Source: Podarcis pityusensis (lineage: Eukaryota). From it: 64,000 bases of DNA. How positions within the stretch are numbered: the stretch's first letter is position 1; each line of letters opens with the position of its first letter. Location: assembly GCA_964106645.2 (NCBI GenBank), contig OZ067041.1. One strand, 5' to 3'. The notes under the pieces were generated by a model. The model did no database searches, was not told the origin of the DNA, and was given only the letters and a program-made list of their open reading frames with translations. Below, in pieces: positions 25,588-38,918 of this stretch. Both the position numbers and the translations under genes were made by a program.

Positions 25588-28500
25588 CTTAGGCCACATT
25601 CTCGCGCAGCCAGCGAGCTCGCCTCGCTCGGCAGGAGGCGCGGCGCGATCCCCACCCCGGGGAGGAGGTTTTGCTTTCCGTCGCGGGCTGGTACGGTCGG
25701 AAGCTACTGCAGCTATGGCAGCTTCTAGCAACTCTGGCCGAGGTGCTGGGCATGTGCTGGCAGCATATAAACGAGGTGGAGGAGGTGTGCTCTCCAAAGT
25801 AGCATGCGGGAGGGGGAGGCACCGAGGAGAGCTTTTTAATCAAGTTTTTTTTTTGGGGGGGGGAATCGTGACATATGTGCGGTTCTGTTATTTTGTGTTG
25901 TCTCCTGCCTTACGTCCCCTCCGCCCCCCTTCTATGTATAAAGCAAAAGAGTGTTACCTAACGGGGAGATTCCCGAAGGTAGAAGACTTGCGGGGACTCG
26001 GAAAAGTAAAGTGCCAAGCCCTGAATCGCTCCACGGAGGCGGAGAAACAGCCAGGGAGGTGGTTTATTTAATTTTCAGGACGAATTAGATAAAACTGCGG
26101 TCTTTAGTCCAACTCTCTAGTGTAGCCGGAATCTCAGCTAAAGCATACACACCAATTCAACGTACTGATTTTTTGGGGGATGGGGTGGGAAATAATCGCA
26201 ATAAACACTAACAAACTTTAGCAGCCACGGCCTACCCGCCCTCGTTATGCCCAAACCCCACTTCTTTTTGACAGTGTCTCTAAGCGTGACTTTCTCAGAC
26301 GCTTGTGCATTTTAATTTACACTATGCATTATATATGTCGCCTTTTATTAGCATGTCAAGGGAGGCGATTAATACCTAGAGCTAACAAGTAGTCCTGAAC
26401 AGCCCCGATTCTGCGTGCACTTTCTGGGGACTAGGCCTCGCAAAATACAAGCGGGACTTGGGTCTGTCTTTATTTCGGTGCGGGGGGGGGGCACTCCTTT
26501 TCAGCCTGAGGGTCCCACCTGAAGGAGCCTTCCGGGGCCGGTGGTGGGCGAGGCCAAAGGATGTTACGGTAGCCTACATTCTAACCGCGCAAGAGTCAAA
26601 AGGTTTCTGTGTTCTATTTCTCTATAAAGTGCGTCAAGGCAAGCAAAGAGGCATTATCTTCGGCCAAGGACACATTCAAACCAGACAAAAGCGCTCCGAA
26701 GGGTTTGTGGGGGCAGGGCCAGTGGGGTGCGGCCTAAGGAGAGTGGGCTTCCGGTCCCCCATCCTTGTTTTACTGGACCTCTTGGGATTTACCTTCAGGT
26801 AAGAGGGTAAAGGAAGGTTTGGGTAGTTACAGGGTAAACCAGTGCATGTCTACTCTAGTCCCAATGCGTTAACTGGGGATTACTCCCGGGTAAACGAGTA
26901 GTGGGTAGGATTGCAGCCTTGAGCGCATTTCTTTGATTTCACAGGGACTTGCGGGTAAAGCCTGCTCTGGACCGTAGATCCAAATGCTCGGACTTAACTC
27001 AGCTGTGGATCCATTGCTCCGTAAGCGGAGTGGTTGCTTATATGTAACCTTCCAGGCTCACAGCCACAAAGCAGAAAGAGCTGCTGCTTTGCCAGCAACG
27101 TCTCCTCCTGGAGCCCGAAGGGTTAAAAGTCTGTTGCTTGTTGCAATGAAATTATGGCTGGCAGTGGCGCCGCTGTTTGTTCAACAGACCTCCACTTTTA
27201 AACAGTTCACAAAAAGTTCATCAGGGCGGCGGTGATTATAAACAACGTATGTATGCGCTGGGAAGCGCGACCCTGAAAACGAGCAGAAACGAGCAAACAT
27301 CTCGCCTCGCCCACCTCCCGGGAAGGGATCGCGCGCGCTCGGTTGTACTTTTTGCACAGAACCGGCTCAGGCGCTGCGCGCTCCCGGCTGCTGCAACTCT
27401 TCTCCCGGCCTCCGAAAAGGCCTTTCTCTCCCAGCCCGCGGATCCCGCCTCCCTTTCGCCTCGTGTCGCTGGGATGGAGCGGCGACGCTCCAAAGGGGAA
27501 TTTGGCAAAAGCTCCGCGGCAGACCTTAAGCAATCCCTGCCTCGCTCTGGGCCCCTTCTGTGCAAACACCTTTGCCCGGGGCGAGTTTCGCGGCGTGGAC
27601 TAGCAAAGAGAGATGGTTGTCTTGCAGCAAAAGGCAACATAGTTTTCTTTCTCTCCTTGTTTTGTTGTTTTATTTTTAAATACGCACTGTAGCGTTTTGG
27701 GAGCTATCATAATCTGGGCCGATTATTTGGCAATTTGCCTTTGACCTTCCTCTCTTCCCAGTTTAGGAAACCTTTGCATTCAGGGCGTAGCTTCGCTTGC
27801 ATATCTGCCTTTGGAAGCCATCGGCTCCCCCTCCCCACACAGCGCCCCAAGTATCTGGTGTCGACTCAGATCGCGCTCTTGGGCTCGACTTTTGCAGATC
27901 TCAGGAGTACCAGCCGATTGCAACCAACGATACATTTCCCCGCGAGGAAACCCAGAGCCTTAGCTCAGTTCCAGCCTATAAAAAGCAAGATTAGGCTCCC
28001 GGGCATGTCTCCTGCTTTTCAGAAAAGGGGTGGGGGAAAGGGGAGAGGGAGCGGCGTCCCCTCCCTCCGTGCAGACAGCCCTATCTCTTTGGACTTTGTG
28101 TCCCCTCCATTCCTTACAGATGAGGCAGCGCTCTGGGCGGCTACTAACCGTATGTAAAACTCTCAATCACTCTCCAGGCTGCGGCTGCTCCATTTGAAAA
28201 CATTACGAGCCGTGCATCTGGAAAACACTAAATCTGGTCAGCAAAACCCGTCTTTCCCCTGGAACAACAACTTTTGAATGATAGGGCGATATTTCGTCCT
28301 AGCCTTTACTGGGGCGGTGGGGGGGGGGTGCGAGGAGAAGGAAGGAGAGGAGAAGGGGCCAGCTCCTCTTCCTTGACAGCAATTGGGGTCAGCTCTTGCA
28401 AGCTAGCTGCCTGCGCAGGGAGGGAGGGGACGGTGCCATTTCAGTAAAATATGTTCCGTGCGTGGGGATCTGCACAAAAGGCTTCTTCAAGGAGCTGGGA

Positions 28501-30447
28501 GGGGTAACAAGAAGGGCTCATGAAATGCTTGAGAGAACACAGGGCTTTCCTTGGCGCTTATACGGAGGTCCTCCTCTGATCGTGGTTGGAGCATTTGTGC
28601 GCAAACGCAACCTAGGTTTTGCCTCCGCTCTGGTTTTAAGGGTTAATTCGTCTGTTTTGGAGCACGGGGGCTTTTAAACTGCGGTGCGTGCGTGCGTGGC
28701 GCTCTCCACTGGCCTCTGCGTGGATAGGTCCGACCAGACCCCTGGGCTCCTCCACCGTTTACTCTCGGGTAATCCCACTGGGCTTGGTTGAGCCACAGGG
28801 GTTGAAGGGCTGCAGCAGCAGAGCCCGATCCTAATCGCATACTTATATTGGATAGTGAGTTAGTTTCAGTGGTGCTGTATCCCCAAGTTATTAACCGTGT
28901 GTAGGATGGCCCCTTATTAGGAATACAAAGGTTAAGGGCTCCATCCATTCCGCGCGATCCTAAACGCGTTTAGCTTAGAAATGGGTCCCGATTTGTGCAG
29001 AGCGACTTCCTCGGTGGTAGCTACGTTAAGGATTGCTCCCTAGTACGTCTCCGTTTAAAAAACTGAAAAAGCCCGGGAAGCCTCCCTTCTCTGCAGAAAA
29101 GCAATTTAGCGCAGCGCGTCCCGCGTTCGCCGTTCCTCCCCTTGGCGAGGCATTTTGTGCCTGCGCGCACTTTCCCCTCCCCTCCCTCCTTTTTGGTGAG
29201 AGGAAGAGCTGAAGGGGTATCCTGTGCATTAAAGGCTCCCCCTACTTATTAACCCAGCATTTAACAGCGGGATGCAGGCTGAAGCTCAGTCAAAAGAAAC
29301 GACTGAACCTCCAAAGAGCAATTAAAATCCGGCACTGGAATAAATCACGCGCCGCGATAATCGTGTTAATAAAACGCAGCTTGTCCTGACACTTCACTCA
29401 TGCAGCAAACTAGAATTTAATGCGGGCGGAGATGGCGCGTTCGGGAGGGAAGAAAGGCAGGCGAGGCCCTTCTGTTGCTGGACGCGAAAATCCGGTTGCC
29501 TTTCACCTGCCTTCCCTGCTGCACGCAGCGCCGATCCTTTCGGACTGCTAATGCTTCTCCAGTGAGCCCGCTAATGATTTCTTTCCCTGGAGTGAGCAGG
29601 CGTCATTGAATTACTGAAAGCACTCAAAGCAGCAGCGGCGGCGGCGCAACAACAGCAGCTCCAATGGTGGAAGCCACCAGGGTTGGGTTACTTAATCAAA
29701 TCAAGGGCCGGGGATCTCACCAACCAACTTAATGGTTTTTTTCCCCTCCCCTTAACCCTTTTCTGGGCTGGGAGACGAACTTCTAGGAAAATGGTTGCCC
29801 TATTAAAAATAGGAGCTCTTGTTTGTCTCTGGCATTCTACTTCAGCTTGTTTTCAGAGATAGAAACGCTAGAAACTTCATTTGAAGTGGAAACTGACATT
29901 TGACACCTTGCTTTTTTGCTTTTTTAAAAAAGTGAGTGTTAGGATATCACTCTGTGCCTTCAGTCTGGCCCTGTTCCCACTCCCAGGCAGTGTTTTCATA
30001 TTTGGATTTCCTTCTTGCTAAAGTTATCTCTTCAAACACAACCTAGTTCTTTTGTGCACTGGGTAAGATCCCGCCAATGTTGAGCCCTGCTTTGTGAATA
30101 AAGGAAAACCTGCGGGAATTTGTCCTGCTTAATTTTGGTTGGATCTTCCCTATTATTTGGATTTAAAGTTTCACTGAAAGTTACTTCAACATAATGGGGA
30201 CAATCAGTCTAAAAAGTACATTTAGTGACACTAGGTACCATTGATTTCAGAGGGATGGGGGTGTCACAATTGCCGCTGGATCACACACACACTGGTGGTG
30301 CTACACGTGGAAAAGAAAATCCACTGAAAAGAAAATGATACATTGCTGCTTACGAAGGGTTAAACACACACAGACAGAATCATGCCGCCAAAGTCGAGTA
30401 CTCTTACATCCTGTAGAAGTTACGCAGATGCCCAACACTCCCAGTGA

Positions 30448-30672
30448 ATTTATTTATTTATTGCATTTATTTCCTACCTTTTCCCCCAAGGAGCTCAAGG
30501 TGGTATATACATGGTTCTCTTTCTTCTCATTTAATCCGCACAACAACCCTGTGAGATAGGTTAGGGTGAGATAAGAAAGTGAGTGCCCAAGGTCACTTAG
30601 TGAGCTTCATGGCCAAGTGGGGATTGGAACCTAGGTTTCCCACTCAGACAATCTCACCACAACAATGCACTA
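30448..30672 (-). mobile_element. MIR/CORE-type SINE
   Basis: CACAACAACCCTGTGAGATAGG...CCCAAGGTCAC..AGTGAGCTTCATGGC core, reverse B-box GGATTGGAACC and (TTTA)n tail. Confidence 0.75.
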
Positions 30673-31273
30673 GACTGTGAAATCAATAGGATGCAAAAGC
30701 ATTTACTTTTGGGTGGGTTTTTGCTGGTCCCGTTTCCTTACTAAGTTTTATGGGTATATTGTTGTGTGTGTGCTTTTGTTTTTGCAAAAGTCTCTTATTT
30801 TTTGTATGCCACCTTAAGCAATTTTAATCAGTAGTGTGGTAACTAAATGCTATAATGTCCCAGTTGGTTTTCATTTGCTTGTCTGTGTGCACCATGAATT
30901 CCTGAGATGTAATTCACTTGAGTATCAAGCAAATATCTCTGGCTTCATTACAAGTAAGGTGTGCTTTGCTGATGGGCGTGCAATTGTTTTTATTTCAAAT
31001 TAAACTCAGTGGGAGTAACATTCTTCCCCTGTCCCGCACAACGTTAGATTTATAGCTTATCTGACCAGTGCATTCCCTCAACTTCCTACTTTTTGTTGCT
31101 CACGACCTTGTACCAAGCCTATATTCCTTGTTAATTATCTCGAGGGAGACCGGTGATTCCACTATGATGTCTGCCCTTCCTCCGCGGTCAATCTTCTCAA
31201 CTTCTTTTTTTTCTTTCCCACCAATTAGATTATACACACGTGTGAAGAAAAGCCTCTGTTTTAAGGTGAAGTC

Positions 31274-31359
31274 ATGCTTTCTGCAACTCCCCTGTATGGC
31301 AACGTTCATAGCTGGATGAGCAATGAGAGAGTCCGCATGTGTGGGATTAACGAAGAGAG
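31274..31359 (+). CDS. BCOR: BCOR first coding exon (human exon 2 homologue); exon probably starts at 31229
   Basis: [28 protein letters not shown](R) matches the BCOR N-terminus; 86 nt; AG|GTAAAT donor; polypyrimidine tract with TAG acceptor at 31226-31228. Absent from the ORF track. Confidence 0.97.
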
Positions 31360-33007
31360 GTAAATATTTTAAGTTTCAGGAAAGTTAAACCACGCGGTGT
31401 TTCTGGAGAAGGGGGCTTCAGCGTTAATTTGTTAGCTTTCTTTTAATAGCTTGCATGGAGATAACTCATGGAGGGTGCTTTTATGAGACAAGAGTTGGAG
31501 AAGAGAGATGTTATGGGCGCAGACTCTCCCTTCGTGTACTGTTTTAACAATCAGTGTTGCTCAGGAAACCAGAAGGGGGCTTATAAAAGATTAGCTCCCA
31601 AAGTCACCTCTTCCTCACATATATTGCATACATTCTCTCCCAATCTTCAGTGTATTTACTGGAAAGCAAACGCCTGTGATTTTTAATGAAACTTATTTCA
31701 TGGCATGCGTGCTTAAGGTTGTCCCTGTAAGTTAATTATTTTATTATTTTTAGTTTATTATTTTTATTTGTGAAAAAGACAAGAACAACATGGATTCAGG
31801 TTTTTAATTTTAATTGGTCCGCATTACGTGGCCTGCAACTTAAGATAATTTGCCCAGCAATTAGATATTTCTATAACTTTCCATAAACTAGCACAAAGGT
31901 CAGAGTTTGGCCCCAGTTCAGAAACCATTCGTCATTCTTCATTGAAATGAATGGGGCAAGTTAGTCATGATTAATCTAAGCCACATTCGCTGCAACGAGA
32001 CTGAAGCAGGGCTAACTTTGGATTGGGGCCTTGTAAAAGCACACCAAATACAGTTTTTTAAAGAGACTTTACAAAATAGTGGACAATGCTATAATTCTTT
32101 ACTTCTAATTATTAAAATGAAGCAAGCACACTGCTTGTGTTTGCAAGTACTTTTGGTCAGAGTTGTGCGCTATAGAAAATAAAATCAGGACACCATCGGG
32201 TCATTTAATAACTTTCTCAGATAGTTTGAAAACAGCACACGAAAATTATGAGTTCCGAGACACTGAGGGGGAATGCCATGGCTGTGTATATTGTTATCAA
32301 ATGTCAAAGGAAGGAGGTGCACATGAGCAAAATGCTATTGTTCTGTTTCTATCCAATTGCATCCTGTGGCTATTCCAGTAGGTGTGGGTTGTAACAATAA
32401 TAGCTGGAAACAGGGCAAAAATGTGGGTGTTGCTTTTACTTTAAAAATTGATAGTGCCACCACTTTAAATATCCTTCTGGGTAATGATGAAACTTCCCTT
32501 CTGCTGTATGTCAGCAATTGTGTCCCTGGGATTTGAAAGTTGGCACTGAGGTGCATTCTTTTATCTGTGTTTTCTGTGATAACAAGTCCCTGAGCTGCTA
32601 CGCTGCTAACACACAGATGTATGGTTCCTTCTACAGCACTGAACAGCTGACATTTGTATGATATTAGAAGTGTGTGGGTTTTTCCTGTCTCTGTATATGT
32701 GTGTGTATGTACATATATATATATGTATATAAACGAAAATATACAGGGTTGTTTGTTTTTAAATAAATAAAGCGTATTTACCACCACGTATTGCTTTAGC
32801 AGAACTCCTTAACTGGAAATAAAGTCCAAAAACATTTTTTCATCCCTGAACTCTATAGAACCCAATTAGAGGGCAAATCTGTTGATTTTCTTCTGCACTG
32901 ATGTATTGATAAAGGTAATTTAATAGAAACACTGCAGTCAGATCAAAATGTCAAACAATTAACGTTGTGTCTGTAAGTCACTTTTTAAAAATATCTCTTG
33001 AAAATAG

Positions 33008-33086
33008 GAAAATCCCAGTTAATGATGGAGATGCTTCGAAAAGCAGGTTGGAATTAAGGGAAGAAAATCACCTGAACCACAGTGTG
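33008..33086 (+). CDS. BCOR: BCOR exon 3 homologue
   Basis: TAG|[27 protein letters not shown] |GTAAG; 79 nt; phase fits exons 2 and 4. Confidence 0.97.
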
Positions 33087-33607
33087 GTAAGAAACCGATA
33101 GTTCCGTTTGACGACAAAAGGTTTTTCACTGGATTTTTGTGCTATGGCTTCAGTTTCAAATAACTATTTGGGACTAATGAAAGTTGCTGTTAAACCAGAG
33201 GTGGCATTCAAATATCGGGTTACGGTTGCATCCTTTTGTATATATTTCTAGTATCTGAGTCTTAAGCATTTTTTTACTTCGTCATATGCTTAATAGCACA
33301 TCATGAACACTCTAAGTCATGATTGCTCTAAATAACATTGCTTGGCATATTTCAGTTAGCCTTTTGAGAATTTCAGTGACTGACAGCTGGTAGCCTTGGG
33401 TGGACAGAATGGGGTGTGTGAGCCTTTGCTATAGTTTCAGTGTCTAGAGAGGAAACACCTAAAGATGATCCTAAAGATGTCACAGACTTCTTGAAAGAAT
33501 GGTGGGATATAAATATAAGAAAATTGGAAGAACTAGAACTAGTACAATTTGCAGTTTAGGGCTGGCTGAGTGTTAGGAATGAGATTGGAGAGAAAGTGCC
33601 CCAGGGC

Positions 33608-33678
33608 CAATGCTTTTATTCTAGAAAAAAAGGGTGTTGGGGCTGCGTACCCCTGAGTACCCCCGGGAAAAAGCACTG
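33608..33678. mobile_element. 71 bp hAT-type MITE
   Basis: TIRs CAATGCTTTT / AAAAGCACTG with perfect 8 bp TSD CCCAGGGC (33600-33607, 33679-33686). Confidence 0.85.
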
Positions 33679-33842
33679 CCCAGGGCTGCTGTTTTTTCTT
33701 GGGGCTTAGAAGGACTGTGGAGGCAAGGCCTTTGTCTGCTTTCACTGTAGTGTTGTTTTGCTTCTTAGAATTGGGTAGCCTACTTTCTCTCATCTTGTGT
33801 AGGAGCAAACATTTGGAACAGAGGAGAGACCAGTGTTTCTGT

Positions 33843-33926
33843 TTCTTCTTCTTCTTCCTCCTCCTCCTATCCCCCTTCTTCTTCTTCTTCTTCTTCTTCC
33901 TCTTCCTCCTCTTCTTCTTCTTCTTC
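33843..33926. repeat. (CTT/CCT)n polypyrimidine microsatellite
   Basis: Direct reading; explains the poly-K/E/F/L ORFs here. Confidence 0.95.
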
Positions 33927-34082
33927 CAACTTATATACCACCCTATACCCAGAGGTCTCCTGTAATACAACTACATGACGCGATCTTGCTTTCTCCTTTC
34001 CCGCAAGCTCCTCTTTGTTCATATGAGGATGCTGGGAAAGGCAGTAGTTTAGCTCCTCTGCTGGCCTGTGAAAGTTATTAAC

Positions 34083-34170
34083 GCACAATGCTATATGTGT
34101 CTACTTGGAAGTCAGCCCCATTGAGTTCAGTGGGACTTTCTCCCAGGTAAGTATGTATAGGATTGCAGCC
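34083..34170. repeat. Best-preserved copy of the ~88 bp palindromic squamate repeat
   Basis: GCACAATGCTATAT...CCCCATTGAGTTCAGTGGGACT...CAGGTAAGTATGTATAGGATTGCAGCC; imperfect inverted symmetry; many diverged copies in the window. Confidence 0.8.
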
Positions 34171-34730
34171 TAAATATCACTTATTTTGGCTATCAATAAG
34201 CAGAGGAACAGAAGTAAAAAAAAAGACTCAGTGTCATTATTTGATTTAAATGATTTTTGGAATATAAATAACTTTGCATCTGAGGGTCCCCCCCCCCCCC
34301 CGGAAGCATACCTTATGAAATGTCCCTTGTTGGAAGCGAGTACACACATGGTTCTGGAAATCATTTTTTTTAAATGGGACAGTTGGTTGAGTAGCAAAGA
34401 TTTAAGGATATTATCCTAAAATCCATGTAGATGTTTTGCTAAGTATGAAAGGATCTAGAGACCTATTAAACTAATCTTACTTAAAAAATAATAATCAAAC
34501 TTGGCAAGACTCAGACTCCACAGACAGAAGAATGAAGCAGGCTAAAATTTTAAAATTTGATTTACTTTATTCCTCTGCATTTATCAGTTTAATCAGCCCA
34601 CATTAGTTTTTCACAATGAAAACAATGTATTTGCTTCCTTTTGTTTCCCACAATGTTTTTTTTTAAGTACCTGTAGTCTTGAATAGTACTTGACTAAATG
34701 CCAAAGTCACCTCTCTCTTATTTCACAAAG

Positions 34731-37535
34731 GTGGATGCCACAGCAGTGCATCGCATTGACAGCCTTGCAGCTCTGAGCATGGACCGGTCTGGACTTATGC
34801 GGGAAGGGCTTAGAGTCCCCAGCAGTATTGTCTATTCCAGTTTGTGTGGACTTGGCTCAGACAAGCCCCGGGACACTACAAGTGCTATTGCTGGCCTTGG
34901 ATTTGCTCCTGAAAGAAATCCAGAGATGCAGTTCAAGTCTAATCCCACTGAAGCAATTGAAAATGCAGCTGGAAAACCCCCAAATGGCTTCAGTGCTATG
35001 TACAAAACGCCACCTGGAATACAAAAAAGTTCGCTTCCGACTGGGGAGACCTTAGGCTTGGACAGAAGCTCAAGCGACAAACCGAGTCCTCTCAATGTCA
35101 ATGGTGCTAGTTACCTAAGGCTACCCTGGGTAAATCCTTACATGGAGGGTGCTATTTATCCTTTTCTCGAATCACCAAATAAGTATTCGTTGAACATGTA
35201 TAAGGCCTTGCTACCTCAGCAGTCCAATTACAGCTTGCCACAGCATCTGACCTACTCGCCCGTATGTACAAATGGTGAACGTTTTTTATACTTGCCACCT
35301 TCTCATTACGTTGCTCCCCACATTCCGTCATCGTTAGCTTCACCAATGAGGATCTCTGCTGCAACCGCAGCTCCAGCTATTCCCCCTCTAGGACACTGTC
35401 CAGAAAAGAGCTTGTCTTGGAAGATGGGAGTCGGTCCCGGAACTCCTGTGGACTCTCATGCCTATCCACATATCCAGAATAGCAAGCCTCCCAGGGTCCC
35501 TTCTGCAAAGCCAGCGGCTAGTAATATGCCAACAGACCCCACTGTTCTCTTGTCTCATTCACCGAGACCATCACCTAGAGTTCACCTCCCGACACAGGTT
35601 GGGGACGCTTACTCGGAGTTTCAGAAACACTTTTCCAGGATTTCGACATCTCCTTCTTCAGTTACACTCCCAAAGCCATACGTGAATGTAAGCAATGAGT
35701 TTCCTCCAAGAGTCTCCGGGGGGAAAGCTCCTAAAACACACGACACAGGCGAAATCTCTCAGCAGCCTACAGTGCATGCAAGGAAAACAGGTCACGACAG
35801 GAAGGACAGCAGATCCCCTCCACTGTTAGAAAAACAACAAACTGTTACCAAAGAGATTATAGACAAACCATTGGATTTGTCATCAAAAGTTGTTGACATG
35901 GAGACAACCAAATCTGATCATGTTAAGAAAATGGCGCCAACTGTGCTGGTTCATAGCAGGGCCGGAAGTGGCTTGGTTTTACCCGGAGGTGATCTTCCAA
36001 AAGAAACCATTTCTCCTGGAAGCGGTTGCCCTGTCTATAGACCTGAAATAATCAGCACGGCGCCTTCCTCCTGGGTTGTTCCTGGTCCAGGTCCCAATGA
36101 AGATAACGGTGGTAAAAACATGCAGTTGAAAAACAAAGCATTGGACTGGGTGACGCCACAACAACGGAGTTCTTCTTGCCCTAGGATGGGGGGTACAGAA
36201 GCAGTTGTCAGTAATATTTCAGGGTCTGTATCAAGCGGAGGTCGCCCAGCATCTGCTTCTCCTGCCCCAAATGCCAATGTCGATTGCCCTAAGACGACTA
36301 GCTCAGTAGAGACCACTGCATCTGTCATACAGCACATAGGACAACCTTTAGCAGCAGCATCTTCAAAGCATAGTAATAAGGCAGCTAAATGCAATAATCC
36401 AGAACCTATCTTCAAAGCAAATGAGAACACCCTTGCACCAACTTCCATATTTTTCCCTCCCAATGATGCATTCCGATCTCCACCATTGCCCTATCCAAGA
36501 AGCTATCTCCCATATCCAGTTCCAGAAGGCTTAGCTATAGGCCCTTTGTCTCTACATGGGAAAGGACCTGTATATCCTCACCCTGTTCTGTTACCCAATG
36601 GGAGTCTTTTCCCTGGACATCTAGCTCCCAAACCTACCATTCCATACAGCTTGCCAGCCAGCAGAGGTGAGTTCATGACCTACCAGGATGCTTTGGGTAT
36701 GGGTATGGTGCACCCAATGCTGTTACCCCATACAGCTTTGGAGCTGAAAGATGAGAAATCGGAAAGGAGGTCTAGATCGCATGAACGGCTCCGTTATGAA
36801 GACCCTGCCTTGAGAAACCGATTGCCTGAGATGCTGGAAACCAGCACAAAACTACATTTTGAAGTACCTGCAGACAGAAACACGAAATTGCACCAAAGTT
36901 CAAGTCATGGTAAAAATACTACCAAAAGTGACAAGCACCTGTTTGCAGAACCGAGAGAGGAGCAAGATGTGAAAGGTGAAACGAACCTGACGAAACCTAG
37001 CTTTCCTGTTGAAAGCAGTAATCAAGCAAGCGACCCCACAAAGCACAAGGTAGAACAAGGCTTCCCCCACAGAGATTTCATTGTGATGAGAGAAGACTGT
37101 GGGAGAAGCAATTTCCATGAAGTTTATAACTTCAAGCAAGCCCAGAGCCCACACCCATCGATGTTCAACTTAAGGAAAGAGGACCTTTCCTTAAGCCAGA
37201 ATAGGGAGAGGTTAACGGTTCCCACTTCCTCTGTGTTCTTGGAGGCTGCTCACGGAAACGATGGCCTAGCTATGTCCTTTTGCAAAATGCCAGATGATGC
37301 TAAACAGCTTTGTATGGGAAACACGCAGTCAAGTATGGAAGTCAGTCAGGCATACGCCAAAGAGGGAACTGAGGGCGCGGAACCTAATGATGGCAAATTC
37401 CTGAAACCTAAGCCATCTAACCTGGCAAAGAGAATCGCAAACTCTGCTGGTTACGTAGGTGATCGATTCAAGTGTGTTACGACAGAACTGTATGCAGATT
37501 CTAGCCAACTTAGTCGAGAACAGCGGGCTCTGCAG
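34731..37535 (+). CDS. BCOR: BCOR large exon 4 homologue (935 codons)
   Basis: AAG|[22 protein letters not shown]...[17 protein letters not shown]|GTGAG; 2805 nt open; PLDLS CtBP motif (35868-35882) and BCL6-binding peptide [17 protein letters not shown] (36039-36089). Confidence 0.99.
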
Positions 37536-38122
37536 GTGAGTTCTGAGGCTTAACTACCAAAGCAGTTTTTAAAAAAACACAGTTCACAGTTGAGAATGAA
37601 ATATGTACAACTCTATAAGTCTATCTTGAACTTAACTAGCAGTGGTAATCTTGTGTATATTTGGGTTCTGCTATGAAGCCAGGGGTATTGGAGCGTTAAT
37701 AGATAAGAATTATATGTAGTTAATTGGTGTAACAAATAATTTAATCTCATAAGCATAACATGTAGTAGTGAAAGGAAGCTGAAGAATGCATGACATGTTT
37801 GTTTTTAAAGGTAGTTTGCTATAGCTTGCCTGTGTTTGGCTAGCACTATTAAATACCAAGGGAAAGGCAGAGGTTCTGATGATTATTTCATACAGGACAT
37901 TTGATTAAAAAGGAGTAGCAGCCATATGTTAGCGGGTTTAATGCAACTTCTTTACCAAGCAGAAATGTAGCTTAAAGGAATAGAAGCTGTAGTGAATTTG
38001 ACGTTGAATGATGGCAAGTATTGTAGGTTATTTTTTAGATTTGTGAAAGAATTGAGTTAAGCCAAATTGTTTTGCGTTGTTAAAAAAAGAAAGAATTAGT
38101 TGATGCTTATAAAAATGGATGA

Positions 38123-38270
38123 NNNNNNNNNNNNNNNNNNNNNNNNNNNNNNNNNNNNNNNNNNNNNNNNNNNNNNNNNNNNNNNNNNNNNNNNNNNNNN
38201 NNNNNNNNNNNNNNNNNNNNNNNNNNNNNNNNNNNNNNNNNNNNNNNNNNNNNNNNNNNNNNNNNNNNNN
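38123..38270. other. Assembly gap (148 N), probable location of BCOR exon 5
   Basis: N run; the first bases after it (TGAGTT) complete a GTGAGT donor; no exon 5 homologue elsewhere between exons 4 and 6. Confidence 0.8.
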
Positions 38271-38652
38271 TGAGTTAAAATTTCATTTCCAAGTACACAA
38301 AGGGAAGTTGTGGGCCATGGTCATCTTTATTCATTGTACAGTTTATGTTTTGTTTCTTTGTTATACCTCTCAAAAGACAATGCTTTTTAATACACATATA
38401 TAAATAAATATATATATATAATGTTATTTACTTTTATATATGGAAGAACTGTATATCATTTGTGCATAGATACTACATGCCTTGCATATTGAACACATGG
38501 CATTTTAAAACTTTATATAGAATTGCGTGTATCTCAAAACTTTGGGTTTGAGCAGATATTTTCTTTCGGAAATACTTTTCATAGAAGGTAAGGTAAATGA
38601 AGTAGCTCTTATTGTGAGGTGTCTTTCTTCCCCATATCAATTCTCTTTCTAG

Positions 38653-38836
38653 CGTGCAATGATGCGCTTCTCAGAGTTGGAGATGAAAGAGAGAGAAGGC
38701 CACGTAGCAACCAAAGACCCGGAGGTCTGCAGATTCAACCAAGCAGACTGGGAAAACTTGAAAGGAAATAATGAAAAGAAACCTAAGTCTGTCACTTTGG
38801 AAGATGCCATTGCTGGGCAAAATGACAATGACAGAT
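38653..38836 (+). CDS. BCOR: BCOR exon 6 homologue
   Basis: TAG|[26 protein letters not shown]...[21 protein letters not shown]|GTAAGC; 184 nt, phase 0 to 1. Confidence 0.97.
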
Positions 38837-38918
38837 GTAAGCAAAGTTTTTATATGCCTTTTTGAAATTTCTGTGTGCCTCCTGTAGTCATTTAGAGCAA
38901 AACATGGCAATGCCATTA

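Larger units (their letters stand above)
18600..29720. promoter_or_regulatory. Extended CpG-rich domain upstream of exon 2 (alternative promoter/enhancer region)
   Basis: ~11 kb of dense CpG; YY1-type motifs (AAAATGGCG 22172, CAAATGGCGG ~22961), CCAAT boxes, E-box CACGTGAC 23541, octamer 19118; almost no long TEs. Confidence 0.7.

Noticed and set aside
18600-29700. Many 100-210 aa ORFs on both strands (e.g. 21769-22395, 23010-23603, 25436-26071)
   Set aside because: Overlapping in several frames, R/G/P/A-rich, without recognisable domains; expected from stop-codon scarcity in CpG-island DNA.
33539-34088. Poly-K, poly-E, poly-F and poly-L ORFs
   Set aside because: Translations of the (CTT)n microsatellite.
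34698-37553. 951-aa ORF as a stand-alone gene
   Set aside because: It is BCOR exon 4 plus 11 upstream and 5 downstream intronic codons; splice sites at 34730/34731 and 37535/37536 fit the neighbouring exons.
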